NCBI GenBank assembly: GCA_973895155.1
Contig: OZ316895.1
Span: forward strand, 23,014,558 to 23,078,557
Length of the DNA stretch: 64,000 nucleotides
DNA from: Marsupella aquatica
Lineage: Eukaryota > Plantae > Marchantiophyta
Direction of reading: 5' to 3'
Part shown: piece after piece, positions 38,294 to 50,530 of the stretch
How positions within the stretch are numbered: the stretch's first letter is position 1
Layout of the letters: each line of letters starts with the position of its first letter
Made by a program: the position numbers and the translations under genes
The notes under the pieces: model-generated
Databases searched by the model: none
What the model saw: the letters and a program-made list of their open reading frames with translations, nothing else
What the model was told of the DNA's origin: nothing

Positions 38294-41284
38294 CCCCAAC
38301 TTGCCCAACCATTGATAATGCAACAGCTTGATCGGCCTTCAAAACTTGCCACGTCTTCAAAATGCAATAAGTAGTTTTAGTGTTCTGGAGTGCAGCACTT
38401 GGTAAAATTTAGGGTGGATTATAGATCCTCTTTCATTATTTTAAAAAGTATACATGTTTTGTTAATTTTGGAAAATGATGGTCCCATGGACTGAGCTTGA
38501 AAACCATGCAACCCCCATAAACCCTGACGGAATTACATCCTCTCCTTTCCACAAAGCTTCCAACAGCAGATTTCAATCTTCAATATATCCCTTGATATCC
38601 AGCTGGATTGGCTCTTCTTTAACTCAATAAAACCTGCTTGAAAAGATCTTTCCAAACTAGTTTAACATCATCAAGAATTGATAGAGCTGGTAATAAACAA
38701 AGATTACCCTATGAGTGGTCCACACTTTGTGCTTCCAAAAGTTTGAGCAGCCTAATTTGACATTCAGTATCTCCATTGATGTGCAGTGGAAACTGATTTC
38801 TTTGGTTCATTATTGTGGGCTTGAAAAGTTCTTTCCAATGAGCCTTATGTAGTCAAAATTGTTTGAGAACTGGGAGACCTACAAAATTCCAAAGATGTCT
38901 GTCTCATTTTCTTCTCAAATTTCCCTAATGAGTGTAATATCTACTAAATGGGCAGGAAAGAGGGTTTTATTGTAGTTCACCCAGGCTGCAAAAACCTGGT
39001 TTGACATTTTGGCAAACATGGAGGACTATCCAGACTTCACTTTCCCTATCTTTTTAGGAGGAATATTTCACTGGATGATTTAGGCATTAGTCAACCTCTT
39101 AATGTCAGTTGTTTCCTGAATTTTGAGCAGTTGTCTGATTTGACAGTGTATTGTAAAATAGGATGAACAGAGGTATGAGTGAATTGTGAAGCCAGCATGG
39201 TTCAATATATGAATTTCAACTACCACTCAGAAATGGCTCTTTAATTTGTCCCTCAGTAAATTTTACTTGGGGTATTATTTTGTTAACATTTTGTGTCTGT
39301 TAGGGATGCTTTGTATTGGGAACCTTTATTCTGTTAAGTGCGAAGACAAATCTCTGTGAATGACCCCCATGGACTAGAGTGTTTAGGCCCTGCTATTGGG
39401 GCCATGACTTGATGTTGGGGGAAAGGCGTAACACTGGTGACAGGACATGAGAAAAGGCTCACATTAGAAGTCTTTACACTCATTAGAGGCCCATTGTAAG
39501 AGTGAAATGATAGAATGCTCATAAGAATCCCAACCCTGCCCAATCAAAGTAAGGAATGAAGTTGTGATTTGAGCAGTTACTGACCAAGAGTTAAATTTCA
39601 GACTTTTGTGCTTTTCATCAGATTAATTCCTCTTTGGAGCCAAGTAAGTGACATTGTGTGGTTGAATGTAGGCACTTTGCTCTTTGCTCTTTGCTTGGCA
39701 ATGATTCTACAATTAGGTGCTATGTAAATGTTTCCAACTTCAGTGAGTGCTACTCTCCTCTCCTCTCCTCTCCTCTCCTCTCCTCAGTATTGTTTTGTTT
39801 TGTGTTTTTCTTGCTTGCTCAAGCACCACTCTTAATCAATTTTCTCCATCCATACAATTAGTTTGTTATAGTATCTGGATGGAGAGACCTGCAAAAGGAC
39901 CTGAACTTGATCAACAATAAAAATATCTATCCCTGTTGACATCTAATCTACCAAAGATTTTCTTGAGTGCATCCCTCAAGTTGTGTGGTTAACACAGACC
40001 CAACTCTTGCTTTCTTAACCAGCAAAATAAGACTTTGTGTCAAGACTATGACCTTTTAGTTTTGAGCCCGGTTTTGAGTTAGATTCTCCATTCGCATAAA
40101 GTTGTGAGTCATAGTTCTAAGGACCCACCTATCTTTCTCAAGGACATCATGTCTTGAGCTTTAGTGCTGTGAGCAGGATTTCACAGTGTTTCAGAACCCT
40201 GCATTGGTTTGCTTTAGCAATCTGTGCTTACATGTGAACAGATGAAAGCTTGATATACCCATTAATTCATCACGACATGCAATACCCCGACAACCTAGCA
40301 CTTAAAGTTGACAAGTATCCACCTTTGCCTTTTATGAAGCAACGGTTGCATCTTGTTCTTTTCAATTTTATGAAAGTCCCCATGCCCATCTGCCTGCGAT
40401 ACAAACTTAGAGCATATTTCTGATGTCCCACAGCCTTGATCTTTGAATAGACTCTATTGGTCGGGGAGGAGGCACACTTCCAGTTTACCATTCTCACCAA
40501 CCTTTGGACTCTCGCTGCCGGGTGGACAATCCAAACCTAGACAAGCTATATCTGGACTTGAGGATTGTAAGGAAATCATGACATTGCTGAAGGCTTCCAC
40601 AGCTGCGAGTGTAGCCACCGATGCAGCTCTAAGCACTACTGCTGGCTTGTAAGTCATTTTTTGCCACGGATATGTTCCTGGAAATTGATGAAACAAGACC
40701 TGATTCTTGTAATATTTCTCCTGCCTCAAAACAATACTATCAAGTTTGCAAACTTAGGAAAGGCATTGGAGCAATGATACCATAATGATCGTCACATGGC
40801 ATTTTAAAAATTGCAAAGGCTTGTAAAGATCTAGGAGGAGCACCAATTGCTGTTCTAGTTAAAGAATCATCTTGGAGTATTGTTATGCAAAACAATGCAG
40901 CAAACTGTGTGGGAATCAAATGTCCCCAAATTTGTAAATACTATCTGAGCAAGCATCTCCCAATGTCTTAGGCTTCCTGTTGTCCTTCAGTGAATGAAAG
41001 AACCAAATAAGCTGCCTTCAATAAAATAATATAGATCACAATCAATATCTCCCCTTTCTAAATGACCCGTTGGAGTGAGACAGAGAGAGAGAGATCATAG
41101 AGAGGATTATGGTAGAGACCCGGGTAGAGATCTATTGAGTTCTCAAACATTAATGTATCTAGAAGCGAGCAAGAACTACACATGTTTTGATGCAAAACGT
41201 CACGACTTCTGAGGGGAGGGGTGCAGAGATCTTGTCGTCAAGACTGTTGGGTATTTACTCTTACGTCTAGGTTAGGTATGACGT

Positions 41285-41409
41285 GGTTGGTACAACAACG
41301 TGGGTTGGTACAACTACGTGGTTAGGTACAACTACGTGATTAGGTACAACTATGTGGTTAGGTACAACTACATGATTAGGTACAACTATGTGGTTAGGTA
41401 CAACTAAGT
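41285..41409 (+). repeat. 7 x ~18-bp tandem array in the LTR U3, also present in the 3' LTR
   Basis: Units of G(G/A)TT(A)GGTACAACTA(C/T)GT. Confidence 0.9.
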
Positions 41410-42819
41410 TGCACACTATATCATAAGAGGCATGTGTGCTTGGAGAGGTAGAACCAAGGCTCATTGTTATGGAGCCACTTGAGAGATAGGGAGAGCTTAC
41501 ACTGTGGAGACTCGGTATAGCCGACGGGCTTAGAGTTCAGTAAAGCTCTCTTGTGTGTTCCCGTGGACGTAGCCTCAAGGAGGTGAACCACGTATCTCTT
41601 ATGTCGACTATTGTGCGTTGGATGGTTCATGGGCTTGCCGTTGCGATCATCGTCTATGCTCAACAATTGGTGTCAGAGCATGCTTGGGAGGTGACGTGTG
41701 TTCGTGACGGGATTTCATGACGGTTTTTCCAGCGTTGAGTGTTGGTGGATTTTCCAGAGTTCCATCACATGGAACTTGGAGTTTATGGGCTCAACGGATA
41801 GATCAGGGCAAGAGCTTTCTAACGGTGTGAAGAAATCGTTGAACGGAGCTCGTGGTGCAGAGAGATCTAAGTTTTCGTCGTTCTGGATTTTGTGAAGAAA
41901 GTTGGCAATCGACTCGGAGGGAGAAGCGTCAAGTGCTTTGACTCAACGGAGAGATTGAGGCAAGACGATTGTTTTTGAGTCCGGGATTGGCTCTTTGATG
42001 CAAAGAGGAAGGCTAAGCAAAATCAATTACCTTGTTGGACTTGGTGACGGCACCAAGTGCAATTGATCAACATTCGTTGTTGACAAGGTACCATTTTTTT
42101 CTCTTTGAAAAATTGATTCGAAATTGGCTATGGCAATTGAGAGAAATCTGTCATCTTTACCAATTTTTTTCTCCCTCGTTCTTTCCTCGTTTTGGGTGCT
42201 TCTTATATCGATCTTCATCGCCTCGGAGTCTAGTTTCCAAATCTGAAATCGGATCTTGATTTCGTCAAAACCCGAGTGAGATATCTTGCGTTTGGTGTCA
42301 AGGGGTACATTCTGCCGTGTGTATTTTCTGCGCGCACGACCAGATTTCGACGACGAAGGGTGGTAGGGGGTTTTGGGGGTTCGAGGACACATGTCAGCCC
42401 CTCGATTGTTCTTCCAAAATTCCCACAGGGCCTGTACAAGGGTCATAGAATATTCCAAAAAACCAGAGAGCTATTTTTTGACCGTCCGACAAAGATTTCA
42501 TCCGCCGAACGGTAACTTTTTTGGTTATTTTTCGGCGAGGTCGTAGCCATTGAAGTTGGCAATGCAGCGCACCAATCACATCGCAATTCCGACAATGGGT
42601 TGTACTTGGTATTTCGGTTATTCCCTGAGGTGGTCAAAACGGGGGAGTTTCCCAAGGTTTTACCCACCTCGACCGAAATTTGAATAACTTTTCCGTCAAA
42701 TTTCGATTTTGATTTTGGTTTTCAGTATTGGACTCCTAGCTTTGTGGGCTACACGGCGGTGTTGAGTTTCGAGTTTTTTGAGAAGTTGTGAAAAACAACA
42801 TTTTTTGTGACTTTCTCAT

Positions 42820-43854
42820 ATGAGTGATTCGGAGGAGTTTTTTGAAGACGTGGAACTTGAAGCACGAGGATCACCGCGGAGGTTTCAGGGGCAGAGAGAG
42901 GAGCAGGAGGAAGAGCACGTGACACCGATACCATCACCGGTGCGGCGTGTGGTGGAGGAAGCAGTACTACTACCGGAGCTCACGGTAAAGAAGAAGATGG
43001 GGACTTTCAAGCTTGGGGGACCCAAGTATGAAGTGACAAAGTATGATGGGCGCTCTGACTACTTGCTATGGGAGAAGCAGGTGAAGGGAGTGCTTTATGC
43101 GTCAGGGATGGGCCAACTGCTGAGCCCTCGTGAAGACGATGTTGATGAGAAACAATGGGACCGCATGCAGGAGCAGGGAGTGTGGTGTGTTACACTCTAT
43201 CTCATGCCTCCCATCATCAAGCAGTTGGGTGCACATAAGGATTGCATGTCCTTGTTTGCGGAATTGCAGAGCAAGTATCACCGCAAGGAGTTGTCGAACC
43301 GGCTCTACACTTCCTACAAACTGATGAGTTTCAGGATGAAGGAATCTGGTACGAAGTTGCAAGACCATGTGGATGCTTTCAACGACATGGTTGTTGACTT
43401 GGAAAACCTTGGGAAGACTTTGAATGATGAGACGAAGGCTCTGCAACTTCTTAGTTCATTGCCTCCATCTTACCAGTCCCTATCACGAGTGTTGTTGCAT
43501 CGTGATAGGGATACCATTTCATACAATGACGTGGTAAGTTCTCTGCTTAGTGATGATCTTCAGCAGAAGATGCACATCACGTCACAGCCTTCATCATCTG
43601 GTGCTGCCCTCAATGTTAACCGTGGGAGGAGTATGCAGCGACCAACTGGGGACCGTAGAACTCAGTTTAGATCTAAATCCAGATCTAAGTCCAAGGGTAA
43701 ATCCCCTCAGAGGAGGCAGGTGACATGTTGGAAGTGCAACCAAGTTGGACACTTCAAGCAAGACTGTAAGGGAAAGGCAGCGGAAACTTCATCGGCAAAT
43801 GTGGCTAGGGCTGATGGAGAAGATGATTTACTCAATGATGAGTATGTTTTATGA
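42820..43854 (+). CDS. Copia Gag (344 aa) with C-terminal zinc knuckle
   Basis: KYDGRSDYLLW, LLSSLPPSY and the CCHC knuckle CWKCNQVGHFKQDC. It ends at an in-frame TGA. Confidence 0.9.
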   Translation: MSDSEEFFEDVELEARGSPRRFQGQREEQEEEHVTPIPSPVRRVVEEAVLLPELTVKKKMGTFKLGGPKYEVTKYDGRSDYLLWEKQVKGVLYASGMGQLLSPREDDVDEKQWDRMQEQGVWCVTLYLMPPIIKQLGAHKDCMSLFAELQSKYHRKELSNRLYTSYKLMSFRMKESGTKLQDHVDAFNDMVVDLENLGKTLNDETKALQLLSSLPPSYQSLSRVLLHRDRDTISYNDVVSSLLSDDLQQKMHITSQPSSSGAALNVNRGRSMQRPTGDRRTQFRSKSRSKSKGKSPQRRQVTCWKCNQVGHFKQDCKGKAAETSSANVARADGEDDLLNDEYVL

Positions 43855-46800
43855 AGCCGGGGGTATGCCCTGTGCACGTCATCTAGGAGAGCAGATGATG
43901 TGTGGATTCTTGATTGTGCTTGCTCTTTTCATATTTGTTACATTCGTGAGTTTTTCAGTTCTTACTCTGTTTCAAACGGTTCAGTTCTGATGGGAAATGA
44001 TCACTCCTGTCAAATTGAGGGAATTGGGTCTGTGAAGATTCAAATGTTTGATGGCGCTGTGCGCACAGTATCCGGAGTCAGGTATGTACCTGGCATGCGT
44101 AAGAATCTGATTTCACTCGGTGTGTTGGATTCAAATGGTCATCAATGGAGCGTTATTGATGGTGAACTTCAAGTCAGGTCGGGAGAGACAGTGATTTTGA
44201 AAGGGAGTAGACAAAAGAATTTGTATGTGTTACAAGGCAATACTGTATGTGGAGAGGCCAATGTAACCAAGTCTCACGAGGAGATGACTCAACTGTGGCA
44301 TTCACGGCTAGGCCACATGAGTGAGAAGGGTTTGGCTATCTTACGGAAGAATGGACTCATTTCTGATTTGCAATCTTGTAAATTAGAGTTTTGTGAGCAT
44401 TGCATTCTTGGAAAGCAGCATCGTCGTGCTTTTGGTGTTGGAACTCATCGTTCCAAAGCGGTTCTTGAGTACATACATAGTGACGTGTGGGGTCCATCCC
44501 CGACTCCCTCACACTCTGGAAAGTTGTACTATGTATCATTTATTGATGATTACTCAAGATTTGTGTGGATTTATTTCATGACGCATAAGTCTGATGTCTT
44601 GTCCATTTTTAAGAAGTGGAAGGCCCAGATGGAGAATCAGACTGGAAACACGATCAAGTGTTTGGATACAAGGGTGAAGAGTCTGAGGTCAGACAACGGC
44701 GGGGAGTACACTTCAATGGAATTTGAAGAGTACTGTTCAGAACAGGGGATAACTCGCCATCTCACCACAGTTTATACTCCGCAGTAGAATGGTGTCGCTG
44801 AGAGGCTCAATCGGACACTGTTGGAGCGGTCACGGAGTATGTTGAGCCAATCAGGTTTACCACAAGAATTTTGGGCAGAAGCTGTCAATACCGCAGCTTA
44901 TTTGGTAAATCTTTCTCCTTCTAGTGCTATCAATTTCAAAACGCCGTTTGAGATGCGCTATAAGCGGCAAGCAGACTATCATGGCTTGGTAGTTTTTGGA
45001 AGTGATGCATATGCTCTCACACCGAAGCAGAATAGGACCAAGTTGGATCCTACCTCCAGGAAATGTGTTTTTCTTGGGTACCAGAGTGGTGTGAAAGCCT
45101 ATAGGCTATGGGATCCTATTGCCTGTAAGCTCGTTGTCAGTAGGGATGTTTCCTTCAATGAATCCAGATTATTGAAGGAGGGGGAGAATACTCAGGTCTC
45201 CCGTACTGACAAAGGAAAATCTCCTATCCCGGATCTCGTTGAGGGGGAGATTGGTTATGAGGTGCATGACCGGAGAGAAGGAGTTGCTCCAATTATGGAG
45301 CTGGTTCCTATGCCAGAGGAACCAGAGAAGTTTGTTGATGCTGGTGAGCAACAAGTGGATGCTGTTGAGCTTCAAATTGTACCAGCACACGCAGATCAAC
45401 CGGAGTCATCGGCTAGAAGAACATCTGGTCGCACTGTACGCGCTCCATCAAGGTATGGACAGTGGGTTGATTCATCTCAACTGCAAGAGGATGATTTTAC
45501 AACTGATGATGAGGGTGATGCGTTAATTTTGGAAGAAGGAGAACCTTCTTCATTTCATGAGGCAAGTGCTTCAAAAGAGAAGCAGAAGTGGACTGCAGCA
45601 ATGCAAACGGAGATGCAGTCACTAAAGGACAACAAAACTTGGGAGCTTGTTAAGCTGCCTAAGGGTCAGCAAGTGGTGGACAGCAAGTGGATTTACAAGC
45701 TGAAGGATAATTCCATAGGAGGTGGATCGAAGGTCTACAAGGCTAGATTGGTAGCAAAGGGATTCACACAAGAGAAAGGTGTGGATTATAATGAGGTCTT
45801 CTCACCAGTTGCTAAGTACTCTACAATACGACTATTGTGTGTACTTGTTGTAATGTTTGGTCTGCTCCTAGATCAGATGGATGTTGTCACAACTTTCCTC
45901 TATGGCACATTGGAAGAGGTGATCTTCATGAGACAACCGCTAGGTTTTGTGAAGAGAGGACAGGAGGAATTGGTTTGCAGATTGCTGAAATCCTTGTATG
46001 GGTTGAAGCAGTCACCAAGACAGTGGAACAAGCGGTTTGATGATTGGATTCGGTCACAAGGTTTTCACAGAATTATATTTGACCCTTGTGTGTATTTGAA
46101 ACCGGTGAAGAATGTTGTCTTTGGGTTCATTGTTTTAGTACTTTATGTGGATGACATGCTAATTGCAGCCAAGGATAGGTCTGAGATTGTTAAGCTCAAG
46201 GCACTGCTTAGTGCAGAGTTTAAGATGAAGGACTTAGGGCCAACTAAGAGGATTTTGGGTATGGAGATCACTAGGGACTTGGAGGCTGGCAAGCTATGGT
46301 TGACGCAGAGCAGTTATGCGAGGAAGGTAATTGCAAGGTTCAACATGGAGAATAGCAAGCCAGTAAGTACCCCGTTGGCTCCACACTTCAAGTTATCATC
46401 AGCGTTCTGTCCTACGGATGACACAGAGAAGGGGTTGATGTCAAAGGTTCCATATGACAAGGCAGTGGGGAGTCTCATGTATTTGATGACTTGCACTAGA
46501 CCTGATCTTGCCATGGCTATGGGCAAGGTGAGCAGGTACATGTCGAATCCAGGGAAGGTACACTGGGAAGCAGTGAAGTGGATTATCAGTTGGAGGTCTA
46601 CTTTGCAGAAGTGTATTGCTCAGTCTACTACAGAAGCGGAGTATGTTGCAGCTGCGGAAGCAGCAAAGGAAGCGATTTGGTTGGATAGACTTATCACTGA
46701 AATGAGATTGCCACAGGGGAATGTGAAGCTCCATTGTGATAGTCAAAGTGCACTCCACCTTGCTGTGAACCAGGTGATGGACAGCAGAGTAAAGCACATT

Positions 46801-46968
46801 GACGTCAGGTACCATTTTATCAGGCAGGCTGTGTCTGATAATTTGTTTGAGCTAGTCAAGATTGATGGTAAACTCAACCCGGCTGACGCATTTACCAAAG
46901 TGATTCCTTTGGAGAGTTTCTCTAGACACCGTGACGTATTGCAGGTTTTGCAATTGCATCACAAGTAG
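43855..46968 (+). pseudogene. Copia pol (PR-IN-RT-RNase H) in the gag frame, with TAG at 44785-44787 and an in-frame deletion at 46584/46585
   Basis: WILDCACSFH (PR), LWHSRLGH, HSDVWG, RSDNGGEY, TPQ*NGVAER and LYVDDMLI are present. HWEAVKWI is fused directly to ISWRSTLQ. Confidence 0.92.
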
Positions 46969-49699
46969 AGTTTTCTTAAACATTCATTGTAATTACTGAT
47001 ATATGCTCTTCCTCATTCCTATGTATTAGGCTACGGCTTAGTTCTGGTTTGCTCTAGTTAGAGAGGGAAACCGGTTTGGTTTCTGTCCAGAACTTCCCGC
47101 TGAGGGATCATATACATTGGCAGTATTACTCTCCCCTAGACCAGAGTCAAGGGGAAGATTGTTGGGTATTTACTCTTACGTCTAGGTTAGGTATGACGTG
47201 GTTGGTACAACAACGTGGGTTGGTACAACTACGTGGTTAGGTACAACTACGTGATTAGGTACAACTATGTGGTTAGGTACAACTACATGATTAGGTACAA
47301 CTATGTGGTTAGGTACAACTAAGTTGCACACTATATCATAAGAGGCATGTGTGCTTGGAGAGGTAGAACCAAGGCTCATTGTTATGGAGCCACTTGAGAG
47401 ATAGGGAGAGCTTACACTGTGGAGACTCGGTATAGCCGACGGGCTTAGAGTTCAGTAAAGCTCTCTTGTGTGTTCCCGTGGACGTAGCCTCAAGGAGGTG
47501 AACCACGTATCTCTTGTGTCGACTATTGTGCGTTGGATGGTTCATGGGCTTGCCGTTGCGATCGTCGTCTATGCTCAACAAAGACGGCAGCTCATAGAAC
47601 CTAGCTACAATCCAACAGTTTAGATGCAATAAGTCTTGATCTAACTGTTCGCAATTTTCTAATTGGCTGAGCTTTAGTTCTGTGTTGTGATAATGAGGGG
47701 CATGAAAATTGCCCCAAAACATATTGCCGGGAGGTATTGTCAAAAAGATGTTGTCAAAACTTAATATGAACTCTAGATACTAGTTCAGCCTATTGCGATC
47801 ACATAGCTTGGGTCATGAACGTAGATCATGTAGCGGTTTCAACAGACAGATGGAACTTATGCTCAATGTCATACTTATGCTCAATGTCAGCCCTAGCTAC
47901 CCTTGGGAACACATGTGCCACGAGCAGGGGATGATCTGAGGGGAGGGCTTTTATGTAATAAGGTGTTATTGGGATTTGTACTCTTCAAAGTTGGGAACAA
48001 TAGTAAGATAGTTAACATCACAGGATACAGGTAGTACACTGGTTATGTTTCTTGCCAGTAGGTTAGTGCACTATGAAAACATAACAACCTGGCCATAGAC
48101 AATTATTCTAGAAATAATTAATTAGGTTGTTCAAGAGCTTAGAGATGCTTCTAGACCATTTAGTTGCATAAATTATGAGCTTTTGACTAATGTTTCTCTC
48201 GATAATTCTCAATTCACTTGCTTAACCAATGAGCCATTTAGCCCAACCTGCCCTAAGCATGTACTTTTGTCACCCCACAACAACCTCCGCCATGGAGAGC
48301 AAGCTCATAAGCCTTTAGATTCCTACACATTGTAAACAGGAGTGACTTGAGTGATTTGGGATGAATATACTATAAATCTTGGGGTGGATTTAGCCAGTTC
48401 AGCAAACCATTCTTGGACTAGAGTGCTAAATAATATCAGCAATTGAAACAATCCTGGGATGATCCTGCACAGTTAGATCTTGGCTAGTTTTTCTGAATGG
48501 ACTAGCTGAACTGGCTTATGATTGAGTTCTCATGGATGGTCATGTTTCACAAGATGCTTGGATGGACCAATTAAAGCAACTTGCGTAGGCCACTATGAAA
48601 CATTACTTTCACTTAGCTTGAGCACTACTTTGGGTGTCAAACGTGCTTGGTATATTGGAAGTCCCAAGATCAAACGTTGGTAATATTTGTATCTGTATTG
48701 GAGTTTAGGGAAGTTGCCAGAAGTACCACACTAGTGCCTTGACAGTTTGTGTATTACAAGGATACCCCCTCAGTTAGAAGGGATGCCACACCTGATTCCT
48801 TTTTTGTTGGTTGCCACATTGTTCCTTACCCACTCCATGGTTTGGCAATGAGAGGGAGGCACGGTAGTTGCAACAAAATTGCACCGGCAAGCATATTCTT
48901 GCATAGCAGAATACACATCTGAATTTTTCTCTTCAGATTTGGCTGGAATGGAAATATCAGAGCTTGCCTCTAAGAATCTGGGAAGAAATTCCTTCACATA
49001 TAAGAAGTGATACTTTTGTAAATCTCAAAGTCACAAAAGTAAAGTGTCCCTTCTTACGTAATGGGATAGTACTTTAGCCCTATTGGCAACTTGTGGAGAT
49101 AATTTGGTAACTTTCCCCAAAATCTAAAGTCTCAATATTTTAACCTGACATATAAAGACCTTCATTAGCTCATGATCAAGAGTTAAAAGATCAGGAAGAT
49201 TGTGGCAAGCTCACACCGTACTAACCGTGCTCAGGAGGAACTGACTGCAGTTTGAGTGTCCAACTTACTGTTTGTTCAAGGAGTACTTCTCTGCTATCAC
49301 TTTCCCCACTGTGCCACAAAGTGAGTGCTGTCAATTGGTAGTATAGTGCAGTATTGGGGGCAACTCCAATCAGCTCTATTTAAGGGCCTCAATGTGCAGC
49401 CAAACTGTAGAAAGGGACCATTTTTTTCATTTTTTTCAATCATTAGCCACAGTTTAGGGAGTCTATTCAGAAAGATTAGCCAAGATCTAATGGCCTAGAT
49501 CTAATATAAAATTCTCCCACTCCGCTATGGGGCATTAGCAATATTATTGATTATTTCCATAAAAACTCACTTCCAAATTGAAGACAAAAATTTGCTGAAG
49601 TATTTGGAAGGGTAAGGCCCACAAAATAGCATCACATAGTAAACAATACTGGGAGCGCACCAATATGCCATTACTGCTAGAAAACCAACTGTTAGTAGT

Positions 49700-50530
49700 A
49701 TCAAAAATTAAGAAGAAAGTCTATCAATGTAAAAAGCTCACGGGTTCATACCAAAAATTTAAATTTGTCATTGGAAAGGGTAAAAAATCTATCAATGTAA
49801 AAGTGTCACAGTTCATACCAATAATCAAAATTTGACTTTAGAAAAGAGAAGAAGGTCTATCAATGTGAAAAGTGTTAGGTTGATACCAAAGATCAAAGTC
49901 TGCTGTTGGAAAAGAGAAGGTGTACCAACATAAAAAGTGTCAGGATTCCTACAAAGAGCAAAAATATTGTTGGGGAAGAGAGAACTGACCCAGAGGTCCC
50001 AGGTTCAATCCCCCTTCCACACTAAAGGGGTGTGGAAGGTATAGGTGTCTGTGTGTGGGGGTGTAGTGGTGGGAGTCTGGTTTATCCTGTGCCCCTGGTT
50101 GGTCCACTTAGGGGTCGGGTTCAACCATCTCTCCCTCCTGGTCTTGGTCCTGTCTCTGGGTATTCTCCCCCCTTGTGGGCTACCCTAGAGTGAAGCATAC
50201 TCCAAACTATAAAGTATATCCTCCATTGAATAGGTTACTTACTTTCAGCTTTCAAGGCCCCCAAAAGGAAGAAGAACAAAGTCTATCAATGGAAAAAGTG
50301 TGAGGATTGCCAAAATTGTCGTTGGAAAAGAGGAGAAGGTATATCAATGTATAGAGCGGGGATTGCAAAAATTGTCGTTGGAAAAGAGGAGAAGGTATAT
50401 TAATGTAAAGAGTGGGGATTGCCAAAATTGTCGTTGGAAAAGAGGAGAAGGTATATCAATGGAAAGAGTGGGGATAGCAAAAATTGTCGTTGGAAAAGAG
50501 GAGAAGGTATATCAATGTAAAAAGTGTCAG
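49700..50530. repeat. Minisatellite: ~55-bp units x4 at 50306-50520, with degenerate longer units upstream
   Basis: AAAATTGTCGTTGGAAAAGAGGAGAAGGTATAT(C/T)AATG is repeated four times. Confidence 0.9.
49986..50266 (+). mobile_element. 5'-truncated tRNA-derived SINE inserted in the minisatellite
   Basis: B-box GGTTCAATCC at 50002-50011, a CAGCTTTCAA..AAAA tail, and near-identical flanks GGAAGAGAGAAC / GGAAGAAGAAC that look like a TSD. Confidence 0.65.

Larger units (their letters stand above)
41245..47580 (+). mobile_element. Ty1/copia LTR retrotransposon, full boundaries, defective pol
   Basis: 421-bp LTRs TGTTG...CAACA at 41245-41665 and 47160-47580. TSD AAGAC at 41240-41244 and 47581-47585. 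PBS TGGTGTCAGAGC at 41668-41679, PPT AAGGGGAAGA at 47149-47158. Domain order gag-PR-IN-RT-RH. Confidence 0.97.

Noticed and set aside
41267-41464. 65-aa VVPNH-repeat ORF, also at 47182-47379
   Set aside because: It is the antisense reading of the 18-bp LTR tandem array.
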